From Perkinsus chesapeaki ATCC PRA-425 (lineage: Eukaryota > Protista > Perkinsozoa), in NCBI GenBank assembly GCA_013115145.1, contig JAAPAO010000021.1, forward strand, positions 68,291 through 132,290: a DNA stretch of 64,000 bases. The letters are read 5' to 3'. Under the pieces are notes generated by a model. The model was not told where the DNA came from. It did not search any database and saw nothing but the letters and a program-made list of their open reading frames with translations. Of this stretch, positions 12,701 through 23,231 are shown piece after piece; the first letter of the stretch is position 1, and every line of letters begins with the position of its first letter. A program made the translations under genes and the position numbers.

Positions 12701-13605
12701 TCTGCTGTTTATTAGAGCACTAGGGGACCTCATCACCGATATTATTACGTCTGTTCCAATCTCTCATCGACTCTGGGTGTCACAATTGCTCATCCTGTGG
12801 GTCTCTGCCATGGGCAGTGCCTTCCTAGAGAGCCTTCCGTAAGTTGGCGTCTCTCGGTGCTGTCACACTGTGGCTAGATACACCACCACAGTAGCCTACA
12901 TCCTCATTAATATTCAAGGGAAGTCAGATTTGGGTATACCAGTCGCTCCACTAGCGTACGCCCTGTCCGGTACAAGAGACTGATGTGCTCCTGATGCAAA
13001 AGGTGTCATTTTTAGTTGGTGCCTGTGTCGGTGGAATCGGCTCTATTATGGGAAGCAGCGCTAACCTTGTATGTATGGCTATATCTCAGAGGTGAAGCTC
13101 CAAGATTGCCTTCGTACTCCGATAGACTAGCTCGTGGAAGATACTCTACCGTAGACAACAACGACGATAAGAACTCCCCCGAGAAGGAAACGACTAAACT
13201 GGAAGCGGTTGATGAAAACAGGCCGGCCTATTCCTCAACGGGCGGCGTCGACGTCAATGAGATTCACCATATAGAGATAAACCGGACACTATTCGGCCAT
13301 GGTCGGGCCGTTGCACTCTGACACCTCTCGACAGTATTTTCAGACGAAGTTGCGCCTGCTATAGTGGGAGCATCGCCCAGCCAAGAAGAGCTTGGTGTCC
13401 CGGCAAAGCGACACCCAATAACTGAGTGCAACAATGTGGAGGCTAAGTGACGGCGAATGCTCCATCCCCGAGGGAATGCTCCCATCTCAGGCACTTCCTT
13501 CAATATGGTTTCCCTCTCCTTTTATGTCTTATGCTTATCTGTAGTGTGTATCAAGTCATAGTCTTCGAGGTCATCGGTGCCGCCAATGATATGCCCGACC
13601 ACTAA
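9727..13605 (+). CDS. P-protein (OCA2-like) / ArsB-NhaD ion-transporter superfamily permease, copy 1, multi-exon
   Basis: Spliced motifs LALTGFFQYIAARMV, AFLDNVTTVMLVGPVT, GGTATLIGDPPN, AVEWDTLIFFASLF and GIGSIMGSSANLV; ends ...VIGAANDMPDH*. Confidence 0.85.
11388..11639 (+). repeat. 252-bp AT-rich tract identical to 15486-15737 (includes a 60-nt intron, 11524-11583)
   Basis: Base-by-base manual comparison found no mismatch; 11401-11580 is 46/180 GC. Confidence 0.95.
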
Positions 13606-13870
13606 CTCACCGGCTCCCTACTAGCCTAATAGAGACATTATCTCTCTGCTGTGCGTTTAGATTTGGGACTGTTAAGTACATGCTTCCGCTGGAAGGGGCA
13701 GTGAATGAAGCCAAAAGCAGCAGTAGCGCAACTGAACCATTATTCACAGTGAGAAATGTTACGCCTCGCATCATCCAACTGCTCCCGCTGGCGCCACGAT
13801 CGTATCTTGAGTATTAGCTGATTGCGTTGCCAACTATCCCACAGCAGATGAAGGTGTTCAGTGACCGGCG

Positions 13871-16800
13871 ATGGCAGACTCCACCATCGGCGCGAGAGAG
13901 GGAAGGCGACACACCCCGGAACGCAGGGGATCGCTGGTGATGCCTTCGCAGCAGAATCTCCTTCAAAGGAGTAAATGCTTCATAGCGCCTTCTACTGTCA
14001 TTACCTCGTCTGTAGGGCTATCAACTTTACACAGAATGGATAGGATGGATGAGAATACCTTCTCAAGGAGACTAGACCATACCATAGCTCGAAGGTCGAA
14101 GGAAAGCCCTACCTCGGGCTACTGAAAACAATTCTCTGATTGAGCAGATTGAGCGCCAGCAACCTGCTGGACACAGCAGGGTCAGGACCACACATCGTTA
14201 CAAGTCCCCACTTTTCCCTTGGATCTCAGTACACAGGAAGGAACTACAACGAGTGATGTGGACGGGCTTGAGATAACAAATGAAGACTCTATCAATAGGC
14301 TCACCAAAAAGCACATACCTGGCGTGGCGCTGGTAAACCTGCTTATTACAACCTGCGTCTTATTCGCCGTCTTGAAGCAACTCATCCCACTGCCGCTTAG
14401 CCGCCATGACGATATATTACCGTGTATTTCTCCTTTATTGTAGCTACTTATTATGGCGATGGCTGTGGTGGTGTTTGTAACGCTATGGAATCCCAACTAT
14501 GCTAGGGAGGATGTACACAGAACTAAGCTTAAGAAATACAACATGCACATCTCCTCCCTGATGTGAAGGGCATTCTCCCTTTCATCCATTCAACTCCAGC
14601 CAGGTTCGTTGTTAGTAAAGATTCCAATCTCACTTTGCCGGTTCACAAGAATCCGCGAGCACTGGATGTGAAGGTCGTCACTAGCAAGGTGGATGCCCTC
14701 ATTGCCACGGTATAGTGACTTGTGAACCGTGCTGTAAGCTAGGATACGAATACGTTATGGAGCCACCTTGAAGAAGCCACTCTAATCGACGAGCTCCCTG
14801 AGGAGTCTGGTAGAACCCTCAACTGGCAGTTGTGGTATGACCCGGCGCTGGAGCTTCCTGCCTCCAACAAAAGGGCCTTGCTAGAAGGTGCTGTTAGATT
14901 TCCTGCTCTATGATGTTAGCTTAGGACCGACAACAGAGACGCTGCTTTATAGCAACTCGTTGGCCTTGGCTACCAATGTCGAGGCGGAGTTCTATCAAAA
15001 TGTTGATCTGGTAAGGCCGTGCCACACAGTTTGCCCACTAGCCAACGGCACGCTGGAACACTTCAACATGGTCTCTGTAATTCGTGGCTCAGTTTATTGC
15101 TATGCAAGGCTTATTACCCCAGCGTGCTCGGGCTTACCCACTCGAATAGGTGCCCATCTACAAAGATTATGGCATACCCACAGACCAAGACACTATACCG
15201 CTTAAATTCGTCATTTGGCTGGAGGGCGATGGCCTGCCTATATCGTTCTTCTTTGAAGCCCTTCCTCTCGGTAACGTTGCTCGGTACCGGGTATTGATCG
15301 CAGGTAGGAGAGGCATTGTGCTCGGGTCTGCAGTAGAAAGGATGTTGCAGGTATTCTTTTTGTGTGCACTTTCGCCCTTATTATCACCGAAAAGATGCAC
15401 AGAGTGTAAGGGGAAATCCAGAACTACGAGTTCAGCCTTCTTTCATTACCCTCAGTTAGTGGCACTTGAGCGAGCTCGCGTTTTGTAGATACGCCACTTT
15501 CATTGGTTCTATGTTGGGATTATTTTTAATAGCTTTATTACATGAAGTGCCAGAATTAATGGATATAATGGCAATGGTGGATTTTGGTACACTTATGTTG
15601 TTATTTAGTATGATGGTTAATGTAATCTATTAATAACAATAATAACAACAACTCAATACATAATTATTATAATGACTATAGGTACACCTGTTGGCCTTAA
15701 CTGGATTCTTCCAATATATAGCAGCTCGTATGGTTATCTATGCCAAGGGGAGGGTCTCTTTGCTCTTCTTCCTCCTTACAATATCATCTGGGGTACCAAC
15801 ACATCACCCGAACCATTCAATTGTGCTTGCTCTTGTGCAGCTCCTATCAGGATTTCTAGACAACGTCACAACCGTGATGTTAATAGGACCGGTTACTATA
15901 TCCCTCTGCAAGGAGATAAAGAAGAGCCCAGTGGCATTTTACCTGGCTGAGACCTTCCTCGGTAACACACATTGAGCGTTATCAACTGTACAGTAGAGCC
16001 AATCAGCTACTATGGGCGGAGCAACAACACTGATTGGTGATCCCTCCAACATCATCATAGGATCCAAACTAGGTATCTCTTTCACAGACTTCCTCGTGTA
16101 AGTTCACGAGGATGAGCTACTCGTTCGTAGCTCAAATCTCGAGCCCGACTTTGCAGATACAATGCTCCTTTGGTACTGATACTTCTGCCCATTGCAGCTT
16201 TCATTCTATATACACGTTTTAAGTCGGAAGTATCGGGTATGGTGGAGTTGGATATTGAGAAAATGAAAAGGGAAAACATCATCCATGATAAAGTAACGCT
16301 TAGCAGTTCTCACTTGGGCTTACGCCGTTGCATTGTTGTTCAGGTAGCCTTCGCCCATGTAGCCTCCCTGTTTGCAGCGATTGTGCTCGCTCTATGCCTG
16401 TCCCCAGTGAGCAACCTGTCCATGGTCTACATTCAGTATTTCCTATCAGGTGCATGGCTTCGAGCCAGCCTGGTTCACCCTCATGAGTATGTACATCGGA
16501 TGTATGATCACATCCCCCCATGATTTCCATAAAGTCTTGGAAGCTGTCGAATGGGACACCCTAATTTTCTTCGCCAGCCTCTTTGTCTTTGTCGAAAGCA
16601 TCAACGAATTGGGCCTTATTAGGTCCGTCATCAGCGCACCTACCACGGTCCTACATTCCTCTGGTCAGGGCTATTGGAGACGTCCTCACCAATATCATAA
16701 CTTCTGTTCCCATTGAGCACAGGCTCTGGGTGGCGCAGCTGCTGATTCTGTGGGTCTCAGCCATTGGCAGTGCCTTCCTTGAAAGCTTACCGTAAGCCAT

Positions 16801-17610
16801 ACACAATAAGCGCAACAGCTTCTGCTCGTTGACACCGATAACTTTACTTCATCAAGGCAGTATAATATCAGATACACCACTACAGTTACGTACATTCTGG
16901 TGAACCTAAGAGGACAGAGTGATCTCGGCATACCCATAAAACCTCTGGCATTTGCTCTATCGGGTGAGGCAATCCTGGTCAGTTATGCTGTATCATACAC
17001 CCTCAGTTGCGGCATGTACGGGAGGAATCGGCTCGATCATGGGCAGTAGCGCGAATCTCGTCTGCATGGCGATTTCTCAGAGGCAAGTGAAGTGCCTCCA
17101 GTTGTGTAAATATCACGGAAGGGAAGGTATGCTGATGCCGATGAGGATGAAGCTAAGGCGGAGGCGGATAAGGCAGAAGACGATGAGAAATCTGTTCACT
17201 CCGTCACTCGTGGGGATGGTGTACAGCTTGTTCACCATAGCGCAATCAATCGTAGCCTTTTTGGCGAAGGTAAGCGTGGGCTCTGTAGAGGCACTGCCGC
17301 CATTGGAGACCGCGCTTTTTGTGAGATTCCTTCTTTTTGACCGTAGCCCCTTCAGATGACAATCTGATGCCAGTGAGCCCTGGCGGCGATGAAGAGCACC
17401 CTCCCCAGCCTGCCGTAAAAAGGCACCCTATCGCTGAAGCTAGAGCTGTCGAGGCCAAGTACGCCTTGTTGTGGTTATGCTGCGTAATCTGTAAACAGGC
17501 ACTTCCTTCAGTATGGTTTTCCCCTTCTAATGTGCCTTATGGTCATCTGTAGTTTATATCAAGTCATACTGTTCGAGTTCATCGGCGCCGCCAATGATAT
17601 GCCGGCTTAA
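13871..17610 (+). CDS. P-protein (OCA2-like) / ArsB-NhaD permease, copy 2, multi-exon
   Basis: Same motif order as copy 1 (VGLSTLHRMDRM, GFLDNVTTVMLIGPVT, GGATTLIGDPSN, AVEWDTLIFFASLF, GIGSIMGSSANLV); ends ...FIGAANDMPA*. Offset from copy 1 is about 4.1 kb. Confidence 0.85.
15486..15737 (+). repeat. 252-bp AT-rich tract identical to 11388-11639 (intron 15622-15681)
   Basis: Direct sequence comparison. Confidence 0.95.
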
Positions 17611-17825
17611 TGCAGCCAAATGAAGGAAGACGGTTATCCGCCGCGCAATGAAGATGCTCCCTTCTATTACCTTGTTAGCTGAGAACCTCGTAGCCCAGAC
17701 ATGAGCATGTTGCATGACCGTGACCACATATGAGTATATTTCTCACGCTAATCGCAGCTTGTATTCGTCAATGAAGGGTGACGGCGCTCAAATTGACACC
17801 GGCAATTTCTACCTTTCGCTTAGCC

Positions 17826-20020
17826 ATGTCCGACCCGATGAGTCCACGGCAGAGGGAGTCGCTGTCTGGTGTAGAGGAAATGTCATCAATCGAGGTTGAT
17901 GTGCACTCGGATGGCGATGAGGTTAGCTTTACTGTCTAACGCGTAGACTTGATGCTCAGGACTCGGCAAGTGCCGCGGAAAGCCCGGGATTCGTCCTCTC
18001 TCGGCAGGGCTCATTTTACGTCATCGCCCGACTTATCGAGACCAACAGAAGCAGCAAGATTGCATACCATTTTCTAGTTTTCGTGTTGAGGGTAAGTTAC
18101 TTTTTACTTGGTGAAGCGGCAGCTGATACGTTTCAGATGCTCCTCGCTGTAATGTGCGGTGTTCTGGCCTATGCCCAGTTCGTCCTACCCAGCTCTCCAT
18201 CTGAACGTGAACTTTTCCACACCAACAAAGACGTATTGAATGTATCTTACCACATCACCATCAGCGTCACTGCTTGGGCCGTATGTAGAGCTTCTATTTT
18301 CGTAATCGTCGGAGTTATCTCCATAGTCGACGCTTGCGTGACGATCGTCAAGATCAGTCGAGGGACCTTTGAATTCGCCCAACTGAGGGGAACCATTCCG
18401 AAATTGCCCAAGAATGGTAACGGGAACTTACATAGCGGTTTCCGGTTGGGGACAGTATTGCACAATCCAGAGAAGACTAGAGACAGCATTCCGGATGAGA
18501 ACCTCCGTGATGTTATTGCTGAACCGTCGGTCGAGCGCCGAGAGGGAGCGACTTGTTGCTCGAGGATTGTCGCGGAGGTTAGAAAACGCACTTGCGAATT
18601 GGTGGCACTATACAACCGAACGAAGATTATTGGAGATAAATTCTGGTATTATTACTTCCTTATGCAACTAGTGGAACTTGTTCTTCAATTGATCCGTCTA
18701 GCGGAGTACGGAGGTCATTCCTTCATTAGACCGGTGCAGCCTATCCAGACGAGAGAAGTGATCGAGGCTCAGGCAATCATCATGGCTTTTGACCTACTTC
18801 TATCTCCTTTCGTGGCGTACATCGCCAATAGGGCTATGGCTATGATACTGCAGTTGTTCTTACAGTTCAGCTACGTTATGGGCTATATGCTCATCACAGA
18901 GGACCTGTCTACTCCCCGCAGCTGGCACACCATTCGCTTCGAGACCGTTTTCGCCTTTGCGGCTACCGCATTGCCATGTATTCTAGCAATAAGACATTTG
19001 GTGTGGATTGAGCGGTACCTCATTCTGGCAGCTAGTAGCCCTAAAGACCCCTCCCTCTGCCACAAGAGACGCTTGCCTCATGTCGTTCTCTCATCCATAG
19101 CCCTTCTCAGTGGTGCGTCAGCATTGACTGTTGTAATCTACACTTTCTATCGTCAGCACGCATTCGAATGCTCACGCCAGATTCCCCATTTCGATAGGGA
19201 ATGTTTGTCTCCACGGTTCTCGCTGTTTGGTGACCCGGCATGCGACTGCGCTGTACTGCGTATACGTCTACATGATGAATGCTATCAGTCTGATCTCGAA
19301 AGGCTTAAACAGTACGAGCGAGTGGAGCACCTTAGGGTGGTTAGATACAATGTGGGATCTGCCCAGTGCAGCTCAGATGAGTCCATAGAGCTGCAAAGTA
19401 TCGTTACGAAACTTGTATTACTGCGTCACCTATTCTTGGACGGAGTAGCATTAACTAACTGGTCGATTGGGAAGCTTGAAAAGTTGGAAGTCCTCAGCCT
19501 CTTTGCGAATCCTTTAACGACAGCGGCAGCACATCTAGAGAACTATGATCGACTTACTAGCATCAATCTCGTTGCCACAGAGGCAACGATCTTCCCGAGC
19601 GTCGAATCGATGAAGTCAGAGCTTGAGACTGTTACTCTTGCCGGGACGCCGGCATGCGTGGCAGAGAATGCCTCTTTGAGCAGCGCCTCCCTCACATTGG
19701 ACTGTGAGTTCCCAAATGCCGAAGTTGAGACCTGCGATCCTATGAGTCGCCGATGGGCTATCATGGGTATGGCTTGCCATAGATGGCTGTGGGAGAGAAG
19801 CTCGAAGTGTACGAACCGCTGCTTGGAAGCTGCCACCAATATTACCAATCTTGATGATGCGTTTCGGGTAATTGGTGAAACTAACTCCTTCATTAACGCG
19901 TTGGAAGAGAGTTGTATCGAAGGAGCATGTACAGCATTACAAGGTGACAGTCGAGCTGTTATGGGCATGGTAAGACACGTTAGTGCTGCGTTACGGCTTC
20001 AACTATTGATCACTCACTAA
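17826..20020 (+). CDS. Multi-pass membrane protein with Cys-rich linker and C-terminal leucine-rich repeats
   Basis: 645-aa ORF 18083-20020 with several hydrophobic helices, CxxxxxxxxxxCxxxxFxxFxxxxCxC, then LRR-like LRHLFLDGVAL / LEKLEVLSLFANPL / LTSINLVAT / LETVTLAGTP. A likely upstream exon starts at ATG 17826 (start approximate). Confidence 0.7.
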
Positions 20021-20026
20021 GTATAG

Positions 20027-20098
20027 GCCACTTTAGCTTAGTGGTAGAGCGTCTGCTTCGTAAGCAGAAGGTCGTCAGTTCAATCCTGGCAAGTGGCT
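20027..20098 (+). tRNA. tRNA-Thr (anticodon CGT)
   Basis: Cloverleaf: acceptor GCCACTT/AAGTGGC, D-arm GCTT-AGTGGTA-GAGC, anticodon arm TCTGC-TTCGTAA-GCAGA, T-arm GTCAG-TTCAATC-CTGGC; 72 nt. Confidence 0.95.
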
Positions 20099-21149
20099 TA
20101 TATTATGTTCATGTCAGGTTGTCACATTGGGGGAATCCTCCTGCACGAAGTGCTTCTAGCATATACCATTACCGTTTGTTTTACCATTCCCACGTCTTGT
20201 CGTGCTTACACTGTTCCCTATAGACTCGAGTTTATCCAATGGTTCACTATCCACCTACGAGCCTCTCCTGCGAGGAGATATGAATCCTACCCGTGTCGAA
20301 AACAAGCTTGATCAGTTGTTGAATAAATGCTGTACAGTCCCGAGCAGTTGAAAGAGAGTATACGGAAATCCAATGTGAAAATCGGTGGCAACGAGGAGCC
20401 AACGTGAGGACTCGGTCTACCTAGTCTTGCATTTAATCGGCAACAGATACGTGACAGTAGCCGCGGAATCCTACATACCACATGAAATCCACCCGGCAGA
20501 CTTCAGTGTACACAAACAGAATGCTGCGTGAGAGTTCACGAAGACTCAGCGAACATGTGCAATGATGTGCTCTCAGCGTCCTTCGAAGGTCGAATATCCA
20601 TATGGCGCAGAACCCCAAGTTCGATCCATATTTACGAGACCGCCAAACCAGCACTAGCAAGGCTTCATACACGATGGGAGCCATCACGATACCGAGGCCC
20701 GGAGACGTGAAGTAAGATAGCGTATTGTATATACGAGAAGTAAAAACATCATTAAGCTTCGGTAAAGGGCCTTCGGGGAGGAACGCAGACGAGCAGAAGA
20801 AAGACCTAGAGAGCACACATTTTGCCTTTGGCTACCATCCGCCAACGTAAGAGTATCCTGGAACTCTCATAGCTGAGGGTGCTACTTTCTTTAGACCTAG
20901 AATGTACCAATCTGTTACCAAGGGAGATCAAGAAGCAACGTCAAAGGCATTGTTGGGTGATAAGACCAGTAAGACGTTCATTAGCGTCACTTAGCCTCCG
21001 CCTTCACAGGTGTAGGTGGAGGAACCAAAGAAGGACGCGAGAACTTAGCGAAGCAGCTTCGTGCACAGTCCATATGCTTTGGCTCGGACGCTCCCACGTG
21101 ATGCTCCATAGGGTGGTGTTCTCGTCATCACATTATCGCGGTATCTAGG

Positions 21150-23100
21150 TATAAATCAACATCAGCCGCTGCTCTGGTGGACCACACAGCAGGAGGTGCC
21201 AAGACCGGCTCTGACCCTCGGGCGGCAAGGTGAGATTTTGACGTACAGTAATTCGCCCAAGCTGCATGGCTTCGAATGTTCCTCAGACAATGTGCCGCGA
21301 AGCTTCGTGTTAGCAACTTCCGTATCGGAGGATACTCCAACCGTGCTCCTGAGTATATCACAACAACCGGCACAGCTCATAACGCAGAAGTATCCTAGGG
21401 CTGTCTGGAAGGGCTTTCATAAGTCATTTCAGATACATCGGATAAATGCTATGCAACGGAGCAAGGGGCTCTCATCAGATGAGGCTGATGTGAAACGTCG
21501 GAACTATAAGGCGAGCTTCCATCTCGGAAGCGATCGACCGATGTAAGTTCTAAGAGCGGTCGGCAGGGTTGCACACTGATTTCACGCGAAGGTGAAAGAT
21601 GAGTTCATGTTCAACAGGTACACTTCAGAAACAGTAGATCGGTACTCCGCCAACTATGAGGCGTTCTTAGAAGCTTGCAAGCACCCACAGGGCGTCAGCC
21701 AGGCAGAGAAGGATGACCTCCGACGACAACATTTTGTACAGAGAAACGTTTGCCCAATCGTACCGTTCTGCATAGGTGTTTGGCATGAGCACGTGTGATG
21801 ATGATGCTCGTAAAGATAGGATGGAGAGCATATCGGCCAGCGCGTAAGGCGATTGGCATGCTATTGGTCACAGTCTAGTACATAGATACAAAGACCACTC
21901 GAATGCAATGGTTGCTGACAATACCAGAGAGGAGATGCTCAAAGTGAGCAGCAGACCGTCGTTTGATTGGAGGCTATCACTATCAGTACAACACGACATG
22001 CTTTCAGTTAAAGGCAGACCTGAGAAAGCCTCACTTCTCCTTCGCCAGTCTATCTCAGAGCTCGGCTGGCGTGGGAATCCCCGTCAGTGTAGCAAAAGCA
22101 ACGTGAGTCAGAGGAGGCAGTTCGCCTCCTAGGGAGTGACTGGTGACTTGTGCGCACAGATATACCCTACCGCCAGTCTCCGCTTATCTTGAGGGAGCTG
22201 ACTCCAACATTAGACAGGAACGGAAGATTGACTTGGAGTCAGCGTAGGTCACTATTCGGCCTGTGATCTCTGGTCTACCATTTTTCGATGCAGTTGAAAC
22301 AGCCAAGAGGCTGCAGCATATCAAACTTGTTCAGGCATTTCGTGTTTGGCGTTGGTAAAGAGGAGGAGCTGCGCGATTTGCGGTCAACATCAGTGGCCAA
22401 AAACTCCTATAAGAGCATACCTGCTCAGGCGTAAGGTCTACCTTGTTCCCCTTGCTTTGTTATATTCATCATAGCCTACTTCAGTTACCGAGATCGTGGA
22501 TTAGATCCTCGTCTTAAAGCTGATCTTCGTTCCCACCATTTCGAGCTTGGAGTCGCTGGTGGAGGGCTGGCATCGAGAGGTTTGCCAGTGACGACATCGC
22601 AGGATGCATATAAGTAATTACACAACTTGAGAGGATCCCTGCTGGTTCGCCGTACAACAAGAACGGGGCCTTTCACCTATAATTTCCTGAGGATTCTACT
22701 TAGTCGATTTCAGAAGCCATCCAGAGGGCAAACCCGCGAGCATGCCAGAAGAAGTCCGGAAGGATCTGCGACAGTCCCACTTTAATATCGGCAGAGGGGC
22801 TTCCAACCCAGACCAATGGATAACAACTCAGGTAGGCTTCTTCTCGTTCATTGCATTATCCCCACCGCGCTCCTCAGGCTAGGGCTATGGTAGCCCATCC
22901 CACTCAATCGAGCGAGCTCGACAAGAGCCTTAAGGCGGACTTGAGAGCTGCACATTTCACCATTGGAGCGCCGGGCAAATTCGACCAAGTCAGGCTCTAG
23001 GAAAAAGCTGGAGGCGGGTCAGTTTTGCATTCAGGCTCGGACGATATCCCAGACCGACTACATATGGCCTGACTTGGCTCTCGGCACTGCATCAGCAGTT
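21150..23100 (+). CDS. Multi-exon protein with repeated DLRxxHFxxG motifs (possible ciliary microtubule-inner protein); boundaries approximate
   Basis: DDLRRQHF (21712), KADLRSHHFELG (22516), KDLRQSHFNIG (22760) and KADLRAAHFTIG (22932) sit in separate exon-like segments. Confidence 0.45.
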
Positions 23101-23231
23101 AAAGGAATATAATGTGAGGCGCCGCTCTCTCCATGAGAAGCATGCTGATGTTATTCAACCCTCGTGCTTTGAGTTATACTATCCAGCAACTTATTACCCC
23201 TACAGGATGGCCTCATTACTGTCGACGAACA

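Noticed and set aside
21460-21510. GLSSDEADVKRR resembling the P-type ATPase N-terminal motif
   Set aside because: No DKTGT or other ATPase motifs follow; coincidental.
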